Below, piece by piece: positions 29,127 to 39,047 of a DNA stretch of 64,000 nucleotides. Source of the stretch: an uncultured Acidobacteriota bacterium (GTDB lineage Bacteria; Acidobacteriota; Thermoanaerobaculia; UBA5066; Gp7-AA6); assembly GCA_963811425.1 (NCBI GenBank), contig CAWERV010000009.1, forward strand, positions 115,698 through 179,697, given 5' to 3'. Every line of letters starts with the position of its first letter. Position 1 is the stretch's first letter. The position numbers were made by a program, and so were the translations under genes. Under the pieces are notes generated by a model. The model did no database searches, was not told the origin of the DNA, and saw only the letters and a list, made by a program, of their open reading frames with translations.

Positions 29127-31826
29127 TTGAGCGCACGAACGCCGATCGAGGCCGGCTCAACGAAGCCCGCGGCGGCCTGGCACAGCAGGACCGTCGCGGA
29201 GGTGGCCGGCGCGCTCGGCACCGACGTCGAGACGGGGCTGCCGGCGGGTGCTCCGATCTCGCGCAGCCGGTCCGGGCCCTCCGAGGAGGCCGCCTCCCGC
29301 AGCGCCGGCCGGATCCTCTGGAACCAGTCGAAGAGCGGAGTCATCCTGGTGCTGCTCGCGGCTGCCGCCGGCTCGCTCGCACTCGGGCACACCGGGGACG
29401 CGCTTGCCATCGCGGCCTCGGTCGTCTTCTCGATCGCCTTCGGGTTCGTGACCGACTGGCGCGCCGAGCGGGCGCTCGAAGCGCTGCGGGCGCTTTCGGC
29501 GCCGACGGCGCGCGTCGTCCGCGACGGCCTCGAGCACGACGTCCCGGCCAAGGACGTGCGGCGCGGCGACCTGCTCGTTCTCTCCGCCGGCCAGATCGTC
29601 GCCGCCGACGGGCGGCTGGCCGCGGCGCACAAGCTCGACATCGACGAGTCGGCGCTGACGGGCGAAAGCGCCGCCGTTGCCAAGACGGACGAGCCCGTCG
29701 CCGCCGTCACGCCCCTTCCGGACCGCACGAGCATGGCGTACGCGGGCACGACCGTGCTCGGCGGCCGCGGCCGGCTGATCGTCACCGGGCCGCCCGGCGA
29801 AACGGAGATCTCGCGCATCGGCCGGCTCGTCGCCGGGCAGAAGAGGGAGCCAACGCCCCTCGAGCGCCAGGCCGAGCGGCTCGGACGCCGGCTCGCCGTG
29901 CTCGCGATCGGCCTCTCGGCGGCCGTGACGCTGCTCGGCGTGCTGCGCGACCGCCCGTTCTGGCTGATGCTGGAGACGGGGATCATCCTCGCGATCGCGG
30001 CGATCCCGGAAGGCCTGCCCGCCGTGACGACGATCGCGCTCGCCGCGGGCGTGCGGCGAATGGCGCGGGCCGACAGCCTGGTGCGGCGTCTGGCCTCGGT
30101 CGAAACCCTCGGATGCACGTCGGTCATCTGCACGGACAAGACCGGGACCCTGACGGAGAACGTCATGCGCGTCACCCGCGTCTGGCTTGCGGGGCGCGAG
30201 ATCGAGGTGACGGGCTCCGGCTACTCGCCGGAAGGGCAGATTCTCGAGCGCGGGCGCGCGCTCGACGCTGGCGGCGATCCGGCGTTGTCCCGCCTGCTGG
30301 AGATTGCAGCGGTCTGCAACGATGCCCGTCTCGAGTCCCATGCCGGCTGGCACATTCACGGCTCGTCGACCGAGGGGGCGCTGCTCGCGCTCGCCCACAA
30401 GGGCGGCCTCGAGCTCGCGGAGCTTCCCGCCCGGTTCGAGCGGCTGCACGAGATCGCTTTTTCGTCCGAGCGCAAGCGCATGGCGGTGAGCGTGCGGGAC
30501 GCGCAAGGCGAAGTCTGGTCTTTCGTCAAAGGTTCGCCGGAAGCGGTCCTTGCCCTGGCCTCGCGCGTGCTCCACGCGGGCGCCGAAGGGCCGCTCACCG
30601 CCGAGCAGCGGGCGCGCCTGTTGAAGGAAGGCCGCAGGCTCGGCGACGAGGGCCACCGCGTCCTCGCGTTTGCCTTCCGCCGCCTCGAGCCGGGTGCCGC
30701 CCTCGAGGCCGCCGAGCGAGACCTGACCTGGGTCGGGCTCGCCGGCCTCATCGACCCGCCGCGGGCCGGCGTGAAGGAAGCGATCGAGTCGCTCTCCCGG
30801 GCCGGGATCCGGACCGTCATGGTCACGGGCGATCAGAAGAGCACGGCGATGGCGGTCGCGCGCGCGCTTTCGATCGCCGGCAAGGACGCCCTGGCCGTCG
30901 ACTCCACGGAGCTCGCTGAGTACGTCCGGGAGCACCGCTGGGAGGACCTGCGGCGCGCCTGCGTCTTCGCGCGCGTCTCACCCGAGGACAAGCTCTCGAT
31001 CGTCCGCGCGCTCGAGGCGGCCGGCGAGGTCGTGGCGATGACGGGCGACGGCATCAACGACGCGCCGGCGCTCAAGGCCGCCGACATCGGCATCGCCATC
31101 GGCCGCGGCGCCGCCGACGTGGCGCGCGAGGCATCCGACCTCGTCGTGACGAGCGGCGACTACGGGACCCTGCCGGCCGCCGTCGCGCTCGGGCGGCAGA
31201 TCTACGAGAACATCCGCCGCTCGGTCCACTTCCTCCTTCTTTGCAGCCTCGCCACGATCGGCGTCATGCTGGCCTCGGTCGTCACCAACCTGCCGCTGCC
31301 GATGAGTCCGCTCCAGATCCTCTGGCTGAACCTCGTCGTCCACATCTTCCCCGCCATCGCCCTCGTCCTCATGCCCGGCGAGCCCGACTTGCTCCGGCAG
31401 CCGCCGCGCGACCGCAGGGAGCCGCTGCTGACCTGGCGGGCGACGGGCGTGATCGGCCTGCGCGGATTCGTCGTCGCGGCCGTCGTGCTGTGGACCTTCA
31501 CGAGCGGCGGTGGGCGGCAGGGGGGGACCGGGGCCCAGACGCTCGCGATGGCCACGCTCGCCCTGACCCTGCTCGGCCAGACCTTCGCGATGGTTTCCGA
31601 GCACCGTCCGTTCTGGAGAGCGACCGAGAGCATGACGGCTCCGTTCTGGCTCGCCCTGGCGGGCGGCGTCGCGATCCAGGTCCTCGCCGTTGCCTGGCCT
31701 CCCCTGGCTTCCGTCCTGCCGGCCGCGCCGCTTTCCGCCGCCGACTGGCTGCGCGCGCTCGGCATGTCGGCCCTGGCGCTCGGAATCGTCGAGGGGGGCA
31801 AGACGCTCCTGCCGATCCGCGCTTGA
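29127..31826 (+). CDS. Cation-transporting P-type ATPase (type II architecture)
   Basis: DESALTGES, AAIPEGL, CTDKTGTLT, DPPR, MVTGD, FARVSPEDK, AMTGDGINDAPALK; GAGGAGGAG RBS with TTG start. Confidence 0.93.
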   Translation: MSARTPIEAGSTKPAAAWHSRTVAEVAGALGTDVETGLPAGAPISRSRSGPSEEAASRSAGRILWNQSKSGVILVLLAAAAGSLALGHTGDALAIAASVVFSIAFGFVTDWRAERALEALRALSAPTARVVRDGLEHDVPAKDVRRGDLLVLSAGQIVAADGRLAAAHKLDIDESALTGESAAVAKTDEPVAAVTPLPDRTSMAYAGTTVLGGRGRLIVTGPPGETEISRIGRLVAGQKREPTPLERQAERLGRRLAVLAIGLSAAVTLLGVLRDRPFWLMLETGIILAIAAIPEGLPAVTTIALAAGVRRMARADSLVRRLASVETLGCTSVICTDKTGTLTENVMRVTRVWLAGREIEVTGSGYSPEGQILERGRALDAGGDPALSRLLEIAAVCNDARLESHAGWHIHGSSTEGALLALAHKGGLELAELPARFERLHEIAFSSERKRMAVSVRDAQGEVWSFVKGSPEAVLALASRVLHAGAEGPLTAEQRARLLKEGRRLGDEGHRVLAFAFRRLEPGAALEAAERDLTWVGLAGLIDPPRAGVKEAIESLSRAGIRTVMVTGDQKSTAMAVARALSIAGKDALAVDSTELAEYVREHRWEDLRRACVFARVSPEDKLSIVRALEAAGEVVAMTGDGINDAPALKAADIGIAIGRGAADVAREASDLVVTSGDYGTLPAAVALGRQIYENIRRSVHFLLLCSLATIGVMLASVVTNLPLPMSPLQILWLNLVVHIFPAIALVLMPGEPDLLRQPPRDRREPLLTWRATGVIGLRGFVVAAVVLWTFTSGGGRQGGTGAQTLAMATLALTLLGQTFAMVSEHRPFWRATESMTAPFWLALAGGVAIQVLAVAWPPLASVLPAAPLSAADWLRALGMSALALGIVEGGKTLLPIRA

Positions 31827-31935
31827 AAGACGGGCGCCGTGTCCTCTCTTCGGGACACACAAAACGATGCGAATGGCTCTCGCCGGCAGAAACGTTTTCA
31901 TGTTCCAGTCGTTCATGGAGAGAGGAGGAATCAAT

Positions 31936-32184
31936 ATGGTCGAGAAGAAGGTGACGCCTGACGTCAAGACACCCGTGCAGGGCCCACCGAAGTCGGAAGA
32001 GGAAGCTCCGCGCAAGCGGCGGCGCCACGGATATCGGGGCTATCCCGTGAGCGAGAAAGGCGGCGGCGTCCATTGGGGACGGGGTTTTTCGGGAGTCGGC
32101 GCCATGGGCGGCGAGCCGGGCTCCGCACTTCCGCGAGCCGGGATCTTCACGGAAGAGTCTACGAAGTCGACCTCGAAGCCCTAG
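31936..32184 (+). CDS. Small hypothetical protein (82 aa, Gly/Lys-rich, probably disordered)
   Basis: Strong AGGAGG RBS 8 nt before the ATG; no recognisable domain. Confidence 0.6.
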   Translation: MVEKKVTPDVKTPVQGPPKSEEEAPRKRRRHGYRGYPVSEKGGGVHWGRGFSGVGAMGGEPGSALPRAGIFTEESTKSTSKP

Positions 32185-32193
32185 GGCGAGGCC

Positions 32194-32862
32194 TCAGACC
32201 TTCTTGACGTAGATCTCCCCCGCGATCGCGGGATCCACCGCGAGCGTGGTTTCTCCGAGCGCGAGAACGAAGGCGGGGCTCTTCTGCTGAATGCGCACGC
32301 GGGCGCCGGGGATGATCCCGAGGTTCGTCAACCGCGCCAGGCGTTCGCGCTCCCGCGGCACGATGTAGACGATCCGGCCCTCGGTGCCGGCCGGCAGCCG
32401 GTCGAGCGGCTGGACGAGCGGCTCGATCGTCTGCGAAAGCTCATGGCAGCACGGCCCCTGCGGAATGGGCTTGCCGTGCGGGCAGGCGCGGGGGTGGCCG
32501 AGAAACGAGCAGATGGCGTCGGCAAGCCCGGCCCCGAGGACGTGCTCCATGACGCAGGCCGTGCGGTCCACGGCGCTCTCGTCGCGGACTTCGAGCACCG
32601 TCGTGAAGAGGACTTCGGCGAGGCGGTGCCTTCGCACCTGGCGCTTTGCGAGCTCGCGTCCCTCGGGCGTCAGCGAAAAACGCCCGGCGGCGACCCGCGC
32701 GAGGCCGCGCCGTTCGAGCTCCGCGAGCACCGCGTCGAGCACCATGACTTCGCTCGACGCGCGCAGGTCTTCGATCCGGTCGAGCCCCTGTTCGCCGAGG
32801 ACCCAGAGCTCTTCGGCGACTTCCTCGATGTCCTGGTCGGCCAGATCGGGGTGCAGGATCAT
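32194..32862 (-). CDS. DtxR/MntR-family metal-dependent regulator with C-terminal FeoA domain
   Basis: LTPEGRELA, RRHRLAEVLF, ACVMEHVL, LGHPRACPHGKPIP, FeoA-like RLTNLGIIPGARVRI. Confidence 0.9.
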   Translation of the reverse strand: MILHPDLADQDIEEVAEELWVLGEQGLDRIEDLRASSEVMVLDAVLAELERRGLARVAAGRFSLTPEGRELAKRQVRRHRLAEVLFTTVLEVRDESAVDRTACVMEHVLGAGLADAICSFLGHPRACPHGKPIPQGPCCHELSQTIEPLVQPLDRLPAGTEGRIVYIVPRERERLARLTNLGIIPGARVRIQQKSPAFVLALGETTLAVDPAIAGEIYVKKV

Positions 32863-33098
32863 GATTTCCTCCGCAGGCGACGGAACAGGCGCCCGAACGC
32901 GTCCGCAATCCACGAGGACCGCGGGAACTGAAAGCCGCAATTCGGGCACCGCACGAGCGCGCAGCCGGTCTGCATCGGGCACGTCCCGCACACGAGCCCG
33001 CCGTGCATGAAGCGGTAGCCGCAGAGCCCGCAGGTGAAGGCGCTCGCCTCCGACGGGTGCGCGGGCAGGGCGACGAACGGGACTTCCTCGGGCTTCAT
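32859..33098 (-). CDS. 79-aa Cys-rich protein (CxxC...CxxC...C...CxxC) between feoB and the DtxR regulator
   Basis: MKPEEVPFVALPAHPSEASAFTCGLCGYRFMHGGLVCGTCPMQTGCALVRCPNCGFQFP...; ATGA overlaps on both sides. Confidence 0.8.
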   Translation of the reverse strand: MKPEEVPFVALPAHPSEASAFTCGLCGYRFMHGGLVCGTCPMQTGCALVRCPNCGFQFPRSSWIADAFGRLFRRLRRKS

Positions 33099-35059
33099 TG
33101 CAGCGGCAGCGGCACGGCCCGCAGGAAGGCGTTCAGGGCCGCGCCCACGGCGATCGCGAACGGAAACACGAACGCGGCGATGGCCGTGGCGGTCTTCCAG
33201 CCGCGTTCCTTGACGATCATGAAGAAGTTCGCGATGCACGGGATGAACAGCGTGATCGTGACCATCGCCACGAGCGACTGGATCGCGTCGATGCGCCCGT
33301 GCCGCGCCATGTCGAAAAGGCCCGCCGCGCCGAAGTCGCGCCTCAGGAATCCGACGACGAAGGCAGGCGCCGTCTCCGAGGGAAGCCCCAGGACTCCCGT
33401 CAGGAGGGGCCTCGTCGCGCGCTCGACGAGGCCGAGGAGTTTGAGCCGGTCGGCCACGAAGAGAATCGCGGTGCCGAGCACGAAGAGCGGGACGGCCTCG
33501 CGCAGGTACCACTCGATGCGCGCGAGCGTCTTGACGAGCAGGTTGCCCGGGCGCGGCAGGCGCAGGGGCGGCAGCTCGAGGACGAAGTCGCCCGAACGGC
33601 CCGGCAGGATTTTCGCCGCGAGCTTCCCGACGAGAAACAGCACGGCGAGCACGATGAACGCCCAGATCCCGAGCGCCAGCGGCGACAGGCCGCCGAGCAT
33701 GGCGAGGATCACGGTCAGCTGCGCCGAGCACGGGACGCCGAGCGCGAGCAGCAGGATCACGATCAGCCGCTCCTTGGGGGTCTCGAGAATCCGCGTCGTC
33801 AGCGTCGCCATCGTGTCGCAGCCCAGGCCCAGCACCATCGGCAGGACCGCCTTGCCGTTCAAGCCCATGGACTTGAAGACGCGGTTGACCATGACCGCCA
33901 GGCGCGGCAGGTAGCCCGAGTCCTCGAGGATGCCGAAGGCGATGAAGAACGTGCCGACGATCGGCAGCACGAGCGCGAGCGAGTAGGCCAGGGCCATCGT
34001 CACGAACCCGTAAGGCCCGACGAAGAAGTCGCGCACGATCGGCCACGGGATGACGGCATCGGCCAGCCGCGTGGCCGCCGGGCTCACGATCTTCGCGAAG
34101 AACCCGTTCTCCAGAAGGTCCACGAGCGTCTTCGCGCCGAAGACGCCGACGAAGAGATAGGAGAGGTAGAGCGCCGCGAGCAGCACGGGCACGCCCCAGA
34201 CCGGGTGGGTCGTGGCGCGGTCGAGACGGGCGACCAGCGCGCGCGTCGGAGCGGCGGATGTCGCCTTGCGCGTCACGACCTCGCGGACGATCTGCCCGGC
34301 CATGCGCAGGCGCGCCTCCTGGATGACGTAGCCGAGGTCCTCGCGGTAGAGACGGGACAGGCGCGCGCGGATGGCCTCGAGGCCCGAGAGCGCGTCGTCG
34401 GCCATGTGCGCCCGCAGCCACGGTGTGAGGGTCTGGTCGCCCGCGAGCGCCGCGAGAGCCAGCGCTCTCGGCGAGAAGGAGCCGGCGGGCATCAGCGGGA
34501 TCGCCGCATCGAGGGCCCGCTCGATCACGTCCGGATAGGCGACGGCCAGAGCCGCCGGCCGCGCGTTCTCGATGACCGCCGACAGCCGCGCGACGCCCTC
34601 GTGCCGCACCGCCACGGTCTCGACCACGTCCACGCCCAGGCGCTCCGCGAGCCGCGCGGCGTCGATCGTGATCCCCCGGGCCCGCGCCTCGTCCGTCATG
34701 TTCACGCAGAAGACGAACGGCAGGCCCGTTTCCGCGACCTCGAGCGCGAGGGCGAGGGCGCGCTCGAGGTTCTTCGCATCGCCGACGAGGACGACGGCCG
34801 CGCCGTCGGCCGAGAGGAGAATGTCGCGCGTCACGCGCTCGTCCTCCGAGGACGGGATGAGCGAGGCGGCCCCCGGCGTGTCGCGCACCGAGACGCGCCG
34901 CCCGGCGACCACCGCCGCGCCCTCCGCGACCTCCACGGTCGTCCCCGGATAGTTGGAGACGGTGACGTACGTGCCCGTCAGCGCGCCGAAGAGGACGCTC
35001 TTGCCGACGTTCGGATTGCCGACGAGGACGACCCCCGCCGGGCCGCGCGAAGCTGCCAC
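33095..35059 (-). CDS. feoB: Ferrous iron transporter B
   Basis: GNPNVGKS, SNYPGTTVE, DTPG, NMTD G-motifs; LEDSGYLPR, LGLGCD, FVLELPPLRLP membrane motifs; GTG start approximate. Confidence 0.95.
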   Translation of the reverse strand: MAASRGPAGVVLVGNPNVGKSVLFGALTGTYVTVSNYPGTTVEVAEGAAVVAGRRVSVRDTPGAASLIPSSEDERVTRDILLSADGAAVVLVGDAKNLERALALALEVAETGLPFVFCVNMTDEARARGITIDAARLAERLGVDVVETVAVRHEGVARLSAVIENARPAALAVAYPDVIERALDAAIPLMPAGSFSPRALALAALAGDQTLTPWLRAHMADDALSGLEAIRARLSRLYREDLGYVIQEARLRMAGQIVREVVTRKATSAAPTRALVARLDRATTHPVWGVPVLLAALYLSYLFVGVFGAKTLVDLLENGFFAKIVSPAATRLADAVIPWPIVRDFFVGPYGFVTMALAYSLALVLPIVGTFFIAFGILEDSGYLPRLAVMVNRVFKSMGLNGKAVLPMVLGLGCDTMATLTTRILETPKERLIVILLLALGVPCSAQLTVILAMLGGLSPLALGIWAFIVLAVLFLVGKLAAKILPGRSGDFVLELPPLRLPRPGNLLVKTLARIEWYLREAVPLFVLGTAILFVADRLKLLGLVERATRPLLTGVLGLPSETAPAFVVGFLRRDFGAAGLFDMARHGRIDAIQSLVAMVTITLFIPCIANFFMIVKERGWKTATAIAAFVFPFAIAVGAALNAFLRAVPLPLQ

Positions 35060-35363
35060 GGCTCGATGATACGTTGGCGATCGGGCCGCACGCACAGCGC
35101 CCCCGACCGGCTCCGTCCGGACGCCGTCGCCGTTTTTCCAAGGCGGAGTGCGGGTCGGGAGCCCTCCCGGGGGCCGGGGGGCCAGGCCCAAAGGGCGCCA
35201 GGAGGGCGCTGGAAGTGTGATAGCATTCCGGCGTTCTCGGCTCGCTCGCCTCTGCCAGACCCGTTCTGACAATCCCGAACGACAAATCACGAGAATGCGG
35301 GGCATCGCGCCGGCGGTGTTTTCGCCCATTGAATTTTTCGCCCGGCGCAAAGGATGGTTTCTG

Positions 35364-35639
35364 ATGAAGCTCTATGTAGGCAATCTCCCGTACAACATCT
35401 CCGACGACCAGCTCCAGGACATGTTCGCCAAGTTCGGCACCCCGGATTCGGCCCGCGTGATCACCGATCGCGACACCGGCCAGTCCAAGGGATTCGGATT
35501 CGTCGAGTTCAGCAATGACGACCAGGCCAAGCAGGCCCTGTCGTTGAACGGCACCGAGTTCGGCGGCCGGTCGCTGACCGTCAACGAAGCTCGCCCCAAG
35601 ACCGAGGGCGGCGGTGGTGGTGGACGCGCCCGCTACTGA
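35364..35639 (+). CDS. Single-RRM RNA-binding protein
   Basis: KLYVGNL (RNP2), KGFGFVEF (RNP1), LTVNEARP, Gly-rich tail. Confidence 0.95.
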   Translation: MKLYVGNLPYNISDDQLQDMFAKFGTPDSARVITDRDTGQSKGFGFVEFSNDDQAKQALSLNGTEFGGRSLTVNEARPKTEGGGGGGRARY

Positions 35640-35663
35640 TTCGGCACTGATTTCGCGTTTCTG

Positions 35664-35693
35664 GAGGCGGGGCTAGTCCCCGCCTCTTTTCTT
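35664..35693 (+). terminator. Rho-independent terminator
   Basis: GAGGCGGGG-CTAGT-CCCCGCCTC followed by TTTTCTT. Confidence 0.8.
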
Positions 35694-35834
35694 GCCGACT
35701 CGGGCAGTGGGACGGCCCCCGTCTCTCACGTCTCTGGTCAAGAGGGTCGCGTCGCCTCGCGTTGCTGTTCTTCCTGCACCCCGACCGGCGGCGGACCGCC
35801 TCAAGCGCACCGTTTTGGCCGATAATCTCCGCGG

Positions 35835-35912
35835 CTGCCCGTAGCTCAGCCCGGAAAGAGCATCGGCCTTCTAAGCCGAGGGTCGCAGGTTCGAATCCTG
35901 CCGGGCAGGCCA
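35835..35912 (+). tRNA. tRNA-Arg(TCT)
   Basis: Acceptor CTGCCCG/CGGGCAG + G + CCA, anticodon arm TCGGC-CTTCTAA-GCCGA, GGTTCGAATCC T-loop; GATAAT upstream. Confidence 0.95.
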
Positions 35913-35954
35913 ATTCGCCACCGCCGTCACCCGCAGGCTCCAGGCGACCACCGC

Positions 35955-38900
35955 TCAGGGCCGAGCGGCTCGGACCTCCGTCCACCTCGTCAGCTGCGCG
36001 TCCAATTCCTGCAGCGTCTCGGCCAGCGTCGCCGCCTGCACGGAAGTCGGCGGGGCGTCGGCCGCCTCGACCTGCGTCAGGATCGCGCCGAGGCTCCGGT
36101 TCGTCCGGGAAAACTCGGCCTCCAATACCGCGAGGCGAGCGTCCTCGTCGCCGGGGGCGGCCCTTCGCTGCTTGCGAAAATCCTTCACGGCCTCGAGGGC
36201 GTCGAAAGAGACGCCCATGGCGCCGACGACCCGTTTCTGGAACTCGAGGTTCGCCGACAGGACGTCGGCCGAAACCGGGGTGCGCGGATCCGGCGCCACG
36301 ACGAGCGGCTGCTCGTAGCGCTGTCCGCCGGCGGTCAGCCGCACGGTGTAGCGGCCGGGCACGGCGAGCGGCCCGCGGGGCTCGATCGGCGTGCTCTCGC
36401 CGCTGATCGCGGCAATCGTGTAGTCGTATTCGTTCGACTTCGGGCGCGGGTACCGCAGGTCCCAGACGAAGCGGTGGTGGCCGGCCGACGCCGCGGGGGG
36501 CTCCGCCGGCCGCACCCACGATTCCGGGAAGTAACGGCGGGCGTTCGGCGCCTCCGCAGGGCGATCGCTCGCGAAGGACCGCACCAATTCGCCGCGCGCG
36601 TCGAGGATCTCGATCGAGACCGCACCGGCCGGCGCCGAGCGCAGGAGGTAGTCGATCACCGCGCCCGCGGGAGGGTTCATGGCGATCGGGAACTCGGGCG
36701 GCAGCGGCGTGTCCCGGTTCTCGTTGGCCCGAACGCGGACCGCCGCCGCCGGGGCGAAGAGATGCGCCGGCGCCTGTGCGGCCCCGGCCGCGATCTGGCG
36801 CAGCGGCGACACGTCGTCGAGGACCCAGAGCGCGCGGCCCTGCGTCGCCGCGACGAGGTCGCCGCCGTGAACCGCCAGGTCCCCGACCCACGCCGTCGGA
36901 AGGTTCAACTGGAGCGGCTGCCACCGCGCTCCGTCGTCGAACGAGACGAAGACCCCCGCGTCGGTCCCGGCGTAGAGCAGGCCCTTGCGCACCGGGTCTG
37001 CGCGCAGGACGGTCGTGAAGCTCCCCGGAGGCAGGCCGGTGGTGATCTTGTCCCAGCTCGCGCCGAAGTCGCGTGTGCGGTAGAGGTGCGGGGAAAAATC
37101 GTCCAGCCGGTGCGTGTCCACTGCCGCGTACGCAGTGCCGGACTCGAGGGCGGAGGCGTCGATCGCGGCGACCTTGCCCCAGGCCGGCAACCCCGTCGGC
37201 GTCACGTTCTTCCAGGTCTTTCCGCCGTCGCGCGTCAACTGCACGAGGCCGCTGTCGGTGCCGACCCAGATCTGCTGCGGATCGAGCGGCGACAGCTCGA
37301 GCGTGAAGATCACGCCGAAGCCGCAGGGCCGCGCGTTGGCGAGTGAAATCTCACCGTCGCAACCCTTCGCGTCCGGAACGGCGCCGGTCAGGTCCGGGCT
37401 CGCCTTCTCCCAGGTGATGCCGCGGTCGGGCGAGCGCAACAGGAACTGCGCGCCGGTGTACATCGTGTGCGGGGGCCGGCGCGATACGGCCAGCGGAAAG
37501 GCCCAGGCCCAGCGCAGCTTGCCCGGGACCGGGCGGCGCCCGTAGGTGCTCTCGACGGCCGGCGAGATGTGGCGCACTTCGCCCGTGCGCGAGTCGAAGC
37601 GGGTGATCGTCCCGCCAAGGCCCGTGCCGTAGACGATCAGCGGGTCTTCCGGGTCCGGCACGTCCCAGCCGCGCTCCTCGCCGCCGACCGGATGCCAGTC
37701 GCGGAAGTTCAGCGCGCCATAGTCGCTGCGCGTCGCGGTGCCGACCGTGCCGCTGTCCTGCTGCCCGCTGTAGATCCAGTAGGGAAACCGGTCGTCGGTT
37801 TCCACGTGGTAGAACTGGCCCGTGGGCTGGTTGTACCAGTCGCTCCAGGATTTTCCGCCGTTCAGGGTCACGACCGTTCCCTGATCGGCGGCGGTGACCA
37901 TGAACTCCGGGTTCCTCTCGTTGATCCAGAGGAAGTGGTAGTCGTCCCCTCCGGGAGCGCCCTTGAAGAAGTGGAGGGCCTTGCCCCCGTCCTCCGAGCG
38001 GCGCAGCGACTGCCCCGTGACGTACACGACGTCGCGGTTGCGCGGATCGACCGTCACGCGATTCATGTAGCTCGAGCCGAGTCCCGGCGTGTCGTTGACG
38101 CGGGCCCATGCGGCGCCCCCGTCGTCCGAGCGATAGAGACCGGCGGCCGACGTCGCGCCGGGCGCCGGTGCCGCTGCATCCACGAGCGCATAGACGCGGC
38201 TCCCCGTCGAGGCGGCGAGGCCGACGCGCCCGAGAGGCCCCGAGGGCCATCCTGCGCCCGAGAGCTTCTTCCACGTGCGCCCGCCGTCGAGCGACTTGTA
38301 GACCGCGCTGCCCGGGCCGACATCCGGCCGGAAGTACGAGAGCCACGGGAAGTTGCGCGCCTGCCACAGCGATGCGTAGACGACCGACGGGTTCTCCGGA
38401 TCCGCGGCGAGGTCGGCGCCGCCGGTCGCGTCGTCGACGAAGAGCACCTGGCTCCAGGTCTTGCCGCCGTCCTGCGTCCGGAAGACGCCGCGCTCGCGAT
38501 TGGGGCCGTAAATGTGTCCGAGCGCGGCCACGAGCGCGACGTTCGAGTCTTTCGGGTCGACGAGGATGCGCCCGATCGCCCGCGTGGCCGCCAGGCCGAG
38601 GTGCCTCCAGCTCGCGCCGGCGTCATCCGAACGGTAGACGCCCTCGCCCGAGGCGATGTCATAGCGCGTCTGGATCTGCCCGGTGCCGACGTAGATCACC
38701 TTCGGGTCCGACGGCGCGACTGCGATCGCGCCCACGGACGCCGAGCCTGCGCGATCGAAGATCGGCGTCCACGTCTGACCGGCGTCCTCCGTCTTCCACA
38801 CGCCTCCCGCCGCCGCGCCGAAGTAATAGACCGCGGGCTCGCCGGGCACTCCGGCCGCGCAGGTTGCCCATCCGCCACGGAAAGGGCCGATCAGTCGCCA

Positions 38901-39008
38901 GCGCATGTCGGAGTAGAGAGACGGGTCGAAGGGCTGGGCGACGATGGCCGTGGCGGCGATCGAGCAGGCGGCCAGGGCGAAAAGAAGCGTGGCACGAACT
39001 CGTGACAT
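35955..39008 (-). CDS. Secreted VPS10/BNR (Asp-box) beta-propeller protein, glycosyl-hydrolase-like, function unknown
   Basis: Signal peptide, WRLIGPFRGG, many S/T-x-D-G-G-x-T-W Asp boxes, QPTGQFYHV, YSGQQDSG, ATQGRALWVLDD. Confidence 0.85.
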   Translation of the reverse strand: MSRVRATLLFALAACSIAATAIVAQPFDPSLYSDMRWRLIGPFRGGWATCAAGVPGEPAVYYFGAAAGGVWKTEDAGQTWTPIFDRAGSASVGAIAVAPSDPKVIYVGTGQIQTRYDIASGEGVYRSDDAGASWRHLGLAATRAIGRILVDPKDSNVALVAALGHIYGPNRERGVFRTQDGGKTWSQVLFVDDATGGADLAADPENPSVVYASLWQARNFPWLSYFRPDVGPGSAVYKSLDGGRTWKKLSGAGWPSGPLGRVGLAASTGSRVYALVDAAAPAPGATSAAGLYRSDDGGAAWARVNDTPGLGSSYMNRVTVDPRNRDVVYVTGQSLRRSEDGGKALHFFKGAPGGDDYHFLWINERNPEFMVTAADQGTVVTLNGGKSWSDWYNQPTGQFYHVETDDRFPYWIYSGQQDSGTVGTATRSDYGALNFRDWHPVGGEERGWDVPDPEDPLIVYGTGLGGTITRFDSRTGEVRHISPAVESTYGRRPVPGKLRWAWAFPLAVSRRPPHTMYTGAQFLLRSPDRGITWEKASPDLTGAVPDAKGCDGEISLANARPCGFGVIFTLELSPLDPQQIWVGTDSGLVQLTRDGGKTWKNVTPTGLPAWGKVAAIDASALESGTAYAAVDTHRLDDFSPHLYRTRDFGASWDKITTGLPPGSFTTVLRADPVRKGLLYAGTDAGVFVSFDDGARWQPLQLNLPTAWVGDLAVHGGDLVAATQGRALWVLDDVSPLRQIAAGAAQAPAHLFAPAAAVRVRANENRDTPLPPEFPIAMNPPAGAVIDYLLRSAPAGAVSIEILDARGELVRSFASDRPAEAPNARRYFPESWVRPAEPPAASAGHHRFVWDLRYPRPKSNEYDYTIAAISGESTPIEPRGPLAVPGRYTVRLTAGGQRYEQPLVVAPDPRTPVSADVLSANLEFQKRVVGAMGVSFDALEAVKDFRKQRRAAPGDEDARLAVLEAEFSRTNRSLGAILTQVEAADAPPTSVQAATLAETLQELDAQLTRWTEVRAARP

Positions 39009-39047
39009 GGCCAGGTACCCTTTCCGAAGCTCGCTGATTCGAGCTTT

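Noticed and set aside
27183-35912. Genomic island between tRNA-Pro and tRNA-Arg
   Set aside because: No integrase, no duplicated tRNA 3' end (att) seen, and no obvious compositional shift.
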